Positions 20,687 through 29,593 of a DNA stretch of 64,000 bases are shown piece by piece. This stretch comes from Rickettsiales bacterium (GTDB lineage Bacteria; Pseudomonadota; Alphaproteobacteria; Rickettsiales; UBA1997): positions 68,921 through 132,920 of the forward strand of contig JBMSJJ010000003.1 of the NCBI GenBank assembly GCA_049418765.1. The letters are read 5' to 3'. The notes under the pieces were generated by a model that was not told the DNA's origin, made no database searches, and saw nothing but the letters and a program-made list of their open reading frames with translations. A program made the translations under genes and the position numbers. How positions within the stretch are numbered: position 1 is the stretch's first letter; each line of letters begins with the position of its first letter.

Positions 20687-21394
20687 TTAGTTTTTGATAA
20701 AATCTTTTAAGAATTTTTTTATATTATTGAATTCTTTGTGATCATAATTAATAAACTTTTTATTAAACTTTGCCGATGCCTCTCTTTGAGCTAGAGTAGC
20801 AATATCTTTAACGGTTTTAAATTCTTTTTTAGAAATTTGGGTTGATAATAAAGCCTGAATAACATTTTTAGGTTTAGCATCTTTTAAATCGCAACATTTG
20901 AAAAATTTAGGAATACAATTTTTAAGAATCTCTTTGTATTCTTTATTATCAAGTGATTTTAAAATTAGAGTTTCTAAATCTGGCTTAAGCAAATCAATCG
21001 AAATTGAAATGGTTATCGGTTTAGTTGATTTTGAGCTTAATGTAATGCCACCGTTTAAAATTATAAAATTAATATCGTTATTTTCTTTATTTAATTTTTC
21101 TATATCTTTAATAATTTCCTTAAATCTATTTTTTTCTCCATCTTCGTCAAAAATAATTGCTAAATTTCTAACATTTTTTTTAAAATTACTATCTTTGATA
21201 ATCATCTTTAATGATTTATCACCCGACCCAAAAATACCCGATATACCGCCTACCTCATGAACATAAATCTTGTCGTCAATTTCCAATTTTTTTAAAAAAG
21301 AAACTATAAATTCTAAATCATCTTTACCTTCTACCAAAATGGCATGTTTGTATTGGAATGGGTCAGGTCTTTGTTTTTTCAAACTCTTTGTCAT
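20687..21394 (-). CDS. Toprim-like nuclease partner (DUF4435/DUF4276/DUF3226-type), AriB-like
   Basis: 235 aa. N-terminal AILVEGKDDLEFI (Toprim Glu) and downstream LAIIFDEDGE (DxD). Lies 4 nt downstream of the ATPase gene on the same strand. Confidence 0.6.
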   Translation of the reverse strand: MTKSLKKQRPDPFQYKHAILVEGKDDLEFIVSFLKKLEIDDKIYVHEVGGISGIFGSGDKSLKMIIKDSNFKKNVRNLAIIFDEDGEKNRFKEIIKDIEKLNKENNDINFIILNGGITLSSKSTKPITISISIDLLKPDLETLILKSLDNKEYKEILKNCIPKFFKCCDLKDAKPKNVIQALLSTQISKKEFKTVKDIATLAQREASAKFNKKFINYDHKEFNNIKKFLKDFIKN

Positions 21395-21398
21395 AATT

Positions 21399-22520
21399 TT
21401 AACGGATTTCGTAGTGATTGTCGATCATTGTTTCAAGCTCTTCTTGAGAGATTGTGGTTTGCAAAATTTTATCATCAAATTTTTCTAATCTTACAATTTG
21501 AAATAAATCTTCATATTCATCTTTAAGGGCAATTTTACTGATATTTTTCAAACAATCATAAGAATGGGTTGTGGTAAAAAGCTGGATATTATATTCTTCG
21601 CATAATTTAATAATTTGTTCCCAGAATAAATCTTGCTTATCGTGATATAAACCATTATCAATTTCATCGATACATAGGATTTTAAACTTGTCTAATCTTT
21701 TACCCATTATCTCTGCTGTGATCAAGATATCGAAAAACTTTTTAAAACCATTTCCCATATTTGAAAAGTTAGTATCATAACCTTCGCTTTTAAAAAATAA
21801 TAAATCATCACCCACAAATCTAATGGTTATTATTTTTGGATCAAATTTTTGTGATAATTTTATGTATTTTTCTTCGGATTTAAGTCCCATTTCAACAATT
21901 CTATTCCACTTGCTAGCAACTTCCTTTGTACTTGGAATATTATCAAATAAAAGCTCAATATCATACTCTTCAAAGTTTTCAATAGATAATTTTCCAGTTC
22001 CCATATTGCTAAAACCAATTTGAGCACTTATTTTTTTATAATTATAATCAACGATGAAGGTTTTATAATCTTCTTTAAAAAGTGCCCGATCTTCTATGCC
22101 GTATCGCCTTATAGCATCTCTATTTGAAAAAATTTCCTCTTTTGAAATTGACATAGAAACATCAATTTTTGAATCATTCAATTCTGACGATATTTGAATT
22201 TTATTTAAATTATCTTTTTTCTTATAAAACAAATATTCAAGCTTAGAAAATGCAAATCTACCAGTTCTAATTCCTATCATATCCGAGTCTCTGTAGGCAA
22301 TAGATTCTCTGGATTGAATAATACCCATATAATTTCTTACAGTTGGATACAACATCCCAACCGCCTCTAGCACACTGCTCTTGCCCGAATTATTATCACC
22401 AACGAAAATATTCACTCTTTTTAAATCTTTAAGGTGAAAATTTTCAAAGCAACGGAAATTTTTAATCGTCAAATTTTTTAATAAAGGCTTGCTAATTTTT
22501 TTGGTTTTTTTCTGCACCAT
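21399..22520 (-). CDS. AAA_15/AAA_21-type ABC ATPase (OLD/AriA-like)
   Basis: 373 aa. IKNFRCFENF...VGDNNSGKSSVLEAV (Walker A), MGNGFKKFF (signature-like), ILCIDEIDNGL (Walker B), FTTTHS (H-loop). Confidence 0.8.
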   Translation of the reverse strand: MVQKKTKKISKPLLKNLTIKNFRCFENFHLKDLKRVNIFVGDNNSGKSSVLEAVGMLYPTVRNYMGIIQSRESIAYRDSDMIGIRTGRFAFSKLEYLFYKKKDNLNKIQISSELNDSKIDVSMSISKEEIFSNRDAIRRYGIEDRALFKEDYKTFIVDYNYKKISAQIGFSNMGTGKLSIENFEEYDIELLFDNIPSTKEVASKWNRIVEMGLKSEEKYIKLSQKFDPKIITIRFVGDDLLFFKSEGYDTNFSNMGNGFKKFFDILITAEIMGKRLDKFKILCIDEIDNGLYHDKQDLFWEQIIKLCEEYNIQLFTTTHSYDCLKNISKIALKDEYEDLFQIVRLEKFDDKILQTTISQEELETMIDNHYEIR

Positions 22521-22575
22521 AGCTTTTATATTAAATTTTCTAATTTAAGATTGATTTGCTTTTAAGCAAAAATTA

Positions 22576-22635
22576 TTAGGAAGTTCGACCTTAGGAAGTT
22601 CAACCTTAGGAAGTTCAACCTTAGGAAGTTCAACT
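22576..22635. repeat. tandem repeat, 4 copies of 15 bp (TTAGGAAGTTCAACC)
   Basis: Read directly: copy 1 has one mismatch (G for A), copies 2 and 3 are identical, copy 4 has one terminal mismatch. Sits between the divergent ATPase gene and metG. Confidence 0.92.
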
Positions 22636-22713
22636 CTAGAAATCTCTATTAATCGCAATTTTACTAGCTTAAGAGTATAATAGCAATAATTTTTTAAACA
22701 ATTTTCAAAGTCT

Positions 22714-24252
22714 ATGTCGTCAAATTTTTATGTAACTTCGCCGATTTATTATGTCAATGATGTTCCGCATATCGGTCATGCCTATACTTCGATTGCCTGC
22801 GACACTATGGCAAGGTTTGAGCGCTTAAAATCGCACCGAGTTTTTTTCTTAACTGGTACTGACGAACATGGGCAAAAGGTAGAGAAATCAGCGCTCGCCA
22901 AAGGTAAAACTCCACAAGAATTTTGCGACGAAGTTTCGCAAAAATTTCGTGAACTCACCACAACTCTTAATCTATCCAATGATGATTTTATTCGCACCAC
23001 CGATGAGCGTCACAAAAAAACTGTGGAAAAATTTTGGAATATTTTATTGCAAAATGGCTTTATTTATAAAGATATTTACGAAGGTTGGTATGCCGTTCGC
23101 GACGAAGCATTTTACAGTGCCGACGAAATTATTGATGGCAAAGCACCAACTGGTGCCGAAGTGACATGGCACCGCGAAGAAAGCTATTTCTTCCGTCTCT
23201 CGGCTTTTCAAGAAAAATTACTAGCTCTTTACGAAGCGGTGCCAGACTTTATTCGTCCCAATTCTCGCTACAATGAAATTGTGAATTTTGTCAAATCTGG
23301 CTTGAAGGATTTATCAATCTCGCGCACCTCATTTTCGTGGGGAATTAAAGTGCCAAATGACGAAAAACATGTGATTTATGTCTGGCTTGACGCCCTGACC
23401 AACTATCTCTCTGCCCTTGATTTTGCTGATAATTCTAGCAATTACCAAGATTTTTGGGTTAATGCAAACAACTCGCCACTTCATATTGTTGGCAAAGATA
23501 TTGTGCGCTTTCATGCCGTTTACTGGCCAGCCTTTTTGATGGCTTGCAACATTAATGTTCCTTATGGAATATATGCTCATGGTTGGTGGACAAATGATGG
23601 TCAAAAAATTTCTAAATCTTTGGGCAATGTGATTGACCCACATGCTGAAATTGCTTGGATTGAGAGTTTTGGTTGCCAAAAGGCAACCGCCAATGATTAT
23701 TTTCGCTATTTTTTACTGCGCGAAGTGCCATTTGGCAATGATGGCGACTATTCAAGAGTAAATTTAGCAACTCGAATTAATGCCGAACTCGCCAACAATA
23801 TCGGCAATTTAGCACAACGAAGCTTGGCGATGATTTATAAAAATTGCGAGGGCAAAATTCCTGCAGGCATCGAACATGCCATCTCTCACCTTGAACCTTT
23901 TAGCGAAAATTATTTCAAAAATTTCAATGATTTAGCTTTTGACAAAGCCATTCAAGCCGTGATCGACTTTGCCAATTTAGTCAATAAAAATTTCAACGAC
24001 ACAGCCCCTTGGAATTTAATGAAGCAAGGCAAAATTGCCGAGATGCACAAATCTCTTCACGAAACCGCCGAGAGCCTGCGTTTAATTGCAATTTTATTAT
24101 TGCCTTTTGTGCCCGTCAGTGCCAATAAAATTTTGGATTTATTGAATATCGAAAATTCCGCTCGCAATTTTGCCCACCTCACCCACACCCTTAAGGCTCA
24201 ACATCAAATCAACGAGCCCAAGGCAGTATTTCCAAGGCTTGAGAGTAGGTAA
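22714..24252 (+). CDS. metG: methionine--tRNA ligase (short form without C-terminal tRNA-binding domain)
   Basis: HIGHAY (HIGH motif), KISKSLGN (KMSKS motif), typical anticodon-binding helical C-terminus. Confidence 0.96.
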   Translation: MSSNFYVTSPIYYVNDVPHIGHAYTSIACDTMARFERLKSHRVFFLTGTDEHGQKVEKSALAKGKTPQEFCDEVSQKFRELTTTLNLSNDDFIRTTDERHKKTVEKFWNILLQNGFIYKDIYEGWYAVRDEAFYSADEIIDGKAPTGAEVTWHREESYFFRLSAFQEKLLALYEAVPDFIRPNSRYNEIVNFVKSGLKDLSISRTSFSWGIKVPNDEKHVIYVWLDALTNYLSALDFADNSSNYQDFWVNANNSPLHIVGKDIVRFHAVYWPAFLMACNINVPYGIYAHGWWTNDGQKISKSLGNVIDPHAEIAWIESFGCQKATANDYFRYFLLREVPFGNDGDYSRVNLATRINAELANNIGNLAQRSLAMIYKNCEGKIPAGIEHAISHLEPFSENYFKNFNDLAFDKAIQAVIDFANLVNKNFNDTAPWNLMKQGKIAEMHKSLHETAESLRLIAILLLPFVPVSANKILDLLNIENSARNFAHLTHTLKAQHQINEPKAVFPRLESR

Positions 24253-24535
24253 AACTAAAATATGATCTTTAAAATTTAAAAAATTAAAATTCTAACTTCA
24301 TATTTTTATCTCAAAAATATTTTTTTATAATTTTATTTAAAGATTGTTTTAGAATAAACTTTAAATTTATTTTTAGCAGGTAGGCTTGTGTTGTTAATTG
24401 AAAATTTGGGCGATAAATTTTCACCCTCCCGATCTGAGATTTTTTTAAATATTGTGAAATAATTTCATTTTTTTTAAGTTTAGAATAACATTTTTTGTGC
24501 TTATTTTATCAAAAACTCAAAAGCTCAACTTTCAA

Positions 24536-24797
24536 AGCGGTCTAATCACCCTCCCCATTTACGAGAGGGTAAAATTTCTTTGCCAAAATTAGCGGTGCCA
24601 TCACCCTCCCCTTGCGGGAGGGTAAAATTTTCTGCAAGAAAATTTTGGGAGGGGGAATTTTGGTTTATCAAAGAAAATTACTTCATCAAATTATTATATC
24701 TTTGGAGTTTTAAATTATAATCCCCTTGCCCCTCCCAAAATTTTTTTTGTAAAAAAAATTTTACCCTCTGAGCCTAGGGAGGTTGATGGCACTGCTC
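24536..24797. repeat. cluster of GC-rich palindromic repeat units (two direct, one inverted), plus a partial copy near 24415-24445
   Basis: Unit AGCGGTnnnATCACCCTCCCC-N-GGGAGGGTAAAATTT... at about 24536-24592 and 24591-24660. The reverse complement of 24721-24797 aligns to the same unit. Confidence 0.75.
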
Positions 24798-25002
24798 TTT
24801 GATAGAGGCTTTCTAAACCATAAAGTCGGGGAGCTAAAAACCACTTGTGCTTCCAGCATTTCAAAAATAGTTTTTTTATTAAAATTACTCGAAACAATAA
24901 TGTAGGGGAGCAAGAACCTCTTATCTTGGGAGTATATTATACAAATTTATTTTAGGTACTTCGACTAGAATTAATGTTAAGAACAAATTGCATTGAATGC
25001 TT

Positions 25003-25677
25003 TTACAAAATCTCAAGCACGAAAGATGCAAAAATACCGATTAAAGAGGGAAAGGTTGTTTCTATCAAAACATGTCTCCACCGATTTATTTTAATAAATC
25101 TCTCCTCGGATTTTTTTATAATACTTTCAAAAGTTCTCCAAATTTCTTTATTATAATTTTCATATTCTGCCTCAATTATTTTTAATTCCTCTTCGATTTC
25201 TTCAATTTTTTCTAATTTTACTTTTTCTAATTTTTTTCTTATTTCTTCAGTTCTTTTTCTCATTATCGATATTTGTAAATTCCACCAAATCGCAATCTTT
25301 GTATTCTCAAATACTTTTTTTTCAAATCTCATCTTATCAACCTTCTCTTGCATGATGGTTGCAAGATACTTATGATGGTATGCAACAAAATGATCATGCG
25401 CCAACCACATGAAGTGAATTAAATGATAACAAACAATCCAAAGCAAAAAAAGGTCTATCATCTCGTGATCTATATGATCAAATTCCAAACCTAAAAAAGA
25501 AAATTTACCAGTTAAAGTTGCGCCGCTTAATTTATAAAACAGTGCAATCACCGAAAAAATTAATAAATTTCTTCTAACGCGAAGAGTATTTTCATCAAAA
25601 TTTTCAAATCTTGAATATTTATCAACTTTAGCAGAATATTTTTGTTTAGATATATCCAATTCTTTATTCTCACTCAT
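25003..25677 (-). CDS. hypothetical membrane protein with central coiled coil
   Basis: 224 aa. Two N-terminal hydrophobic helices, a His-rich stretch (HFMWLAHDHFVAYHHKY), a K/E-rich coiled coil and a C-terminal hydrophobic helix. No family recognised. Confidence 0.5.
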   Translation of the reverse strand: MSENKELDISKQKYSAKVDKYSRFENFDENTLRVRRNLLIFSVIALFYKLSGATLTGKFSFLGLEFDHIDHEMIDLFLLWIVCYHLIHFMWLAHDHFVAYHHKYLATIMQEKVDKMRFEKKVFENTKIAIWWNLQISIMRKRTEEIRKKLEKVKLEKIEEIEEELKIIEAEYENYNKEIWRTFESIIKKSEERFIKINRWRHVLIETTFPSLIGIFASFVLEIL

Positions 25678-25705
25678 TTTTCATAGATAAATGATTTCGT
25701 GAAAA

Positions 25706-27505
25706 TTATATTTTGTCGTAAGAGATTTTTTCCTTTTTAGCACCGCCGTGGGTTGTAGCGCCGTGGCGGGCGGAGCCGACCGTTTGTGCATATTTCCACA
25801 AAACTCCCGAAGAACAATCATTTTCTCTTATATCCCATTTTTTTCTTCTTTTGGCGATTTCCTCATCGGAAATTAAAACATTTATGGTGCCGTTTTCAGC
25901 ATCGATTTTGATTTTGTCGCCATCTTTAAGCAAAGCTATAACCCCGCCAACACTGGCTTCAGGACTAACATGTCCAACACAAAATCCACGAGTTCCACCC
26001 GAAAATCTGCCATCGGTAATAAGGGCGACTTTTTTGCCCATACCCTGACCATAAATCGCCGCAGTTGTTGCCAACATTTCGCGCATTCCAGGGCCTCCTC
26101 TTGGTCCTTCATAGCGGATCACTAGCACATCGCCCTCTTGATATTTTTTTTGTTCAACTGCCTTAAAACATTCTTCTTCGGAGTCAAAGCATCGAGCATT
26201 GCCAATAAAAACCAAATCATCATTTTGCATACCCGCCACTTTTACCACCGCACCGTCAGGCGCCAAATTGCCCTTTAATATCACCACTCCACCACTTGGC
26301 GATAATGGCTTAGAAGGCAAATAAACTACATCTTGTTTTTTGTTAAATTTAATATCCCGCAAATTTTCCGCCATAGTTTTGCCAGTAACAGTAAGGCAAT
26401 CGCCGTGGATAAAACCAGCGTCCAACAAGACTTTCAAAATCATTTGCACACCACCTGCTTCGTATAAATCTTTGGCAACATATTTGCCACCCGGCTTCAT
26501 ATCAGCAATATAAGGGGTGCGCTTAAAAATTTTAGATATAGCAAATACATCAAAATCAATGCCACATTCATTGGCAATCGCTGGCAAGTGAAGCACCGCA
26601 TTAGTAGAGCCACCCGTTGCCGCCACAATTGTTGCCGCATTTTCTAAGGCCTTAAGAGTAACAATATCTCTGGATTTAATGCCAAGTTCAAGCAAATTCA
26701 TCACCGCTTTTCCTGAATAATAAGAATATTCGTCGCGCGATTCGTAAGGCGCAGGAGCACCAGATGACCCAGGTAAAGCCAAACCAATTGCCTCAGAAAC
26801 GCAAGCCATGGTATTGGCAGTAAACTGTCCGCCACAAGCTCCAGCCGAAGGACAAGCTACTTTAGTTAATTCCGCCAAATCCTTTTCATTCATTTTGCCT
26901 GCATCTCTTTGCCCAACCGCTTCAAACACATCAACAATCGTAACATCTTTACCTTTAAATTTTCCGGGTAAAATCGAACCACCATACATAAACACCGAAG
27001 GAATATTGAGTCTACACATCGCCATCATCATGCCAGGTAAAGACTTATCGCAACCAGCCAAACCAACAAGAGCATCATAACAATGTCCACGAACCGTTAA
27101 TTCGATTGAATCGGCGATAACTTCACGAGAAACTAAAGATGATTTCATGCCTTGATGTCCGTTGGCAATGCCATCAGTGACGGTTATAGTGGTAAATTCA
27201 CGGGGAGTTCCGCCAAAATCTTTGACTCCTTTTTTAGCAGGTTGTGCCTGTCTTGCCAAAGCGATGTTGCATGGCGCAGCCTCGTTCCAAGCGCTTACCA
27301 CTCCAACGAATGGCTTTTGAATATCTTCTTCACTTAAACCCTTTGGATATAATTCGGTTTTGATATTGTAAAGCATGGTTTTGCGACCTTCGCAACCATG
27401 GGAAGAAGTTACATATCGTGAAGGTAATTTTGATTTATCGATTGATTTTTTAGTGTTTTTTAAAGCTGAGTTTCTTGATTTTGCTTTTTGTATTTTTTTT
27501 GCCAT
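25706..27505 (-). CDS. ilvD: dihydroxy-acid dehydratase
   Basis: 599 aa. [32 protein letters not shown], and a Lys-rich N-terminal extension of about 25 aa. Confidence 0.96.
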   Translation of the reverse strand: MAKKIQKAKSRNSALKNTKKSIDKSKLPSRYVTSSHGCEGRKTMLYNIKTELYPKGLSEEDIQKPFVGVVSAWNEAAPCNIALARQAQPAKKGVKDFGGTPREFTTITVTDGIANGHQGMKSSLVSREVIADSIELTVRGHCYDALVGLAGCDKSLPGMMMAMCRLNIPSVFMYGGSILPGKFKGKDVTIVDVFEAVGQRDAGKMNEKDLAELTKVACPSAGACGGQFTANTMACVSEAIGLALPGSSGAPAPYESRDEYSYYSGKAVMNLLELGIKSRDIVTLKALENAATIVAATGGSTNAVLHLPAIANECGIDFDVFAISKIFKRTPYIADMKPGGKYVAKDLYEAGGVQMILKVLLDAGFIHGDCLTVTGKTMAENLRDIKFNKKQDVVYLPSKPLSPSGGVVILKGNLAPDGAVVKVAGMQNDDLVFIGNARCFDSEEECFKAVEQKKYQEGDVLVIRYEGPRGGPGMREMLATTAAIYGQGMGKKVALITDGRFSGGTRGFCVGHVSPEASVGGVIALLKDGDKIKIDAENGTINVLISDEEIAKRRKKWDIRENDCSSGVLWKYAQTVGSARHGATTHGGAKKEKISYDKI

Positions 27506-27521
27506 AAATTATTGAATTAAA

Positions 27522-28556
27522 TTAAAAATCATTTGCCTTGAAACCATAATGCTTCAAAAATCTGATGTCATTTTCAAAGAGCATTCGTAAATCGGTAATG
27601 CCATATTTAAGCATGGTAAGCCTTTCAATGCCAATGCCAAAAGCGAAGCCCTGAAACTCATCTGGATTAATATTGCAATTGCTTAAAACATTGCGATGAA
27701 TCATACCACAACCCAAAATTTCCATAAATTTATCGCCCTTGCCAATTTTAATTTTACCATTTTCGATGCCATAATTAATATCAACTTCAGCCGATGGCTC
27801 GGTGAAAGGAAAAAAGCTCGGACGGAAACGCAACTCTAAATTTTTTACTTCAAAAAATTGTTCTAAAAAATTTTCAAGTGTTGCCTTTAAATGCCCCATA
27901 TGCACTGACTTATCGACAACAAAACCTTCAAATTGATGAAACATCGGCGTGTGAGTTTGGTCGGAGTCGCGACGAAAAACTCGTCCCAAAGCACAAACTC
28001 TAAGCGGTGGCTTTGAGTTTAACATTTTACGAATTTGTGTATTTGAGGTGTGAGTTCGAAGCAAAAATTCAGAATTTTCTAGGTAAAAAGTGTCTTGCAT
28101 TTGCCGTGCAGGATGGTCTTTTGGCATATTTAAAGCGGTGAAATTATGAAAATCATCTTCGATTTCTGGACCTTGAGCAAATTCAAAGCCAAGAGCGTTA
28201 AAAATATTTTCAATATCCGCCATAACTTTATTTATCGGATGAATCAAGCCTTGATTTTGCGAACGAACTGGCTCGGAAATATCAATTTTTTCCGCGATTA
28301 ATTTTTGTTCTAACTCGGCATTTTCAAAAATGATTTTTTGCTCATCAATTTTTTGCGTTATTAAGTTTCTGGCTTCATTTATCTGAGCGCCAAAAGATTT
28401 TTTTTCTTCCGCCGAAAGATTTTTTAATGTTACAAATAGGTCATTCAAAGCTGATTTCTTCCCCAAAAACTGCACGCGAATTTCCTCAAGCTGATTTTTA
28501 TTTTTAACATTTTCAAATTGTAAATTGAAATCAGATAAAATATTTTCTATACTCAT
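27522..28556 (-). CDS. pheS: phenylalanine--tRNA ligase alpha subunit
   Basis: 344 aa. HPARQMQDTFY, class II motifs (GRVFRRD, FGIGIERLTML). Confidence 0.96.
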   Translation of the reverse strand: MSIENILSDFNLQFENVKNKNQLEEIRVQFLGKKSALNDLFVTLKNLSAEEKKSFGAQINEARNLITQKIDEQKIIFENAELEQKLIAEKIDISEPVRSQNQGLIHPINKVMADIENIFNALGFEFAQGPEIEDDFHNFTALNMPKDHPARQMQDTFYLENSEFLLRTHTSNTQIRKMLNSKPPLRVCALGRVFRRDSDQTHTPMFHQFEGFVVDKSVHMGHLKATLENFLEQFFEVKNLELRFRPSFFPFTEPSAEVDINYGIENGKIKIGKGDKFMEILGCGMIHRNVLSNCNINPDEFQGFAFGIGIERLTMLKYGITDLRMLFENDIRFLKHYGFKANDF

Positions 28557-28643
28557 TTTAAAATTTATTATGATTTTTTGTGATAATTTAATTCTATTAT
28601 AAAAATTTTATCATCATTTTACTAAATTTAAACAAAAATATTT

Positions 28644-29411
28644 ATGTCGACAAATTGGTTTGGAACTTTCACTCTTCTAAAAAAAGAAGTTTATCGTTTT
28701 TTTAAAGTCTATCATCAGACACTATTTTCGCCCGTAGTCAACATAGTTCTATTCTTAGCGGTTTTTAATTTATCCGTTGGTAATCACATTCAAACTATTG
28801 AAGGCGTTGATTTTGCGATATTTATGTCGGCGGGTCTGATTATGATGGCTTCAATCCAAAATGCCTTCGCCAACTCTTCCTCATCTTTTGTGATGGGTAA
28901 AGTGATGGGGCATATTGTCGATTATCTAATTCCTCCTCTTGGGGCAATGGAATTACTGCTAGCATTTACGCTTGGAGCAATTATACGTGGCATTTGTGTT
29001 GGGATTGTAGCTTATTTGACCATCTTGATTTTTGTACCACTTGGATTTCATAATTTCTTTATTACCTTTTTTTATTTATTTATTGGCTGTATGTTGCTGG
29101 GGCTTCTTGGGGTTTTATGTGGAATTTTATCGGAAGGATTCGACCAAATGTCGGCAATGACGAGTTATTTAATCACGCCATTAACTTTTTTATCAGGTAC
29201 TTTTTATTCGACCAATTCCTTGCCAGAATTTTGGAAAAATATATCGCATTTTAATCCATTTTTTTACATGATTGATGGCTTTAGATATGGCATTACTGGC
29301 CATAATGATGGCAATCTTACAATTGGTGCAATTTATCTTATTTTCATAAATTTGGCGCTTGGATTAGTGATTTATAGAATGTTTAGAATTGGATATAAAA
29401 TAAAACAATAA
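28644..29411 (+). CDS. ABC-2 type transporter permease
   Basis: 255 aa, six predicted hydrophobic helices, YadH-like N-terminus (LLKKEVYRFFKVYHQTLFSP). No adjacent ATPase gene. Confidence 0.8.
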   Translation: MSTNWFGTFTLLKKEVYRFFKVYHQTLFSPVVNIVLFLAVFNLSVGNHIQTIEGVDFAIFMSAGLIMMASIQNAFANSSSSFVMGKVMGHIVDYLIPPLGAMELLLAFTLGAIIRGICVGIVAYLTILIFVPLGFHNFFITFFYLFIGCMLLGLLGVLCGILSEGFDQMSAMTSYLITPLTFLSGTFYSTNSLPEFWKNISHFNPFFYMIDGFRYGITGHNDGNLTIGAIYLIFINLALGLVIYRMFRIGYKIKQ

Positions 29412-29593
29412 ATAGGTTTTATAAGATATTTTATTTTTGTGATGTTCTCAAAATGTTTTATTTTGAAATAAAATAAAAATTTATTTTAAAATTTCTTGCA
29501 AGCTATGTTTTTTCATTAAATAATTTAGAAAAGTTTTATTTTAATTTCAATTAACATTAAATTTATCTCATATTAATTTAAACCCTTCGCCAC

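Noticed and set aside
22576-22635. Possible CRISPR array (regular short repeats)
   Set aside because: The repeats are contiguous with no spacers, the unit is only 15 bp, and no cas genes are present in the window. It is a simple tandem repeat.
24715-24897. 60-aa minus-strand ORF in the metG-downstream spacer
   Set aside because: It runs straight through the inverted copy of the palindromic repeat, sits at the minimum length threshold, and has no SD or motif. It is better explained as non-coding repeat sequence.
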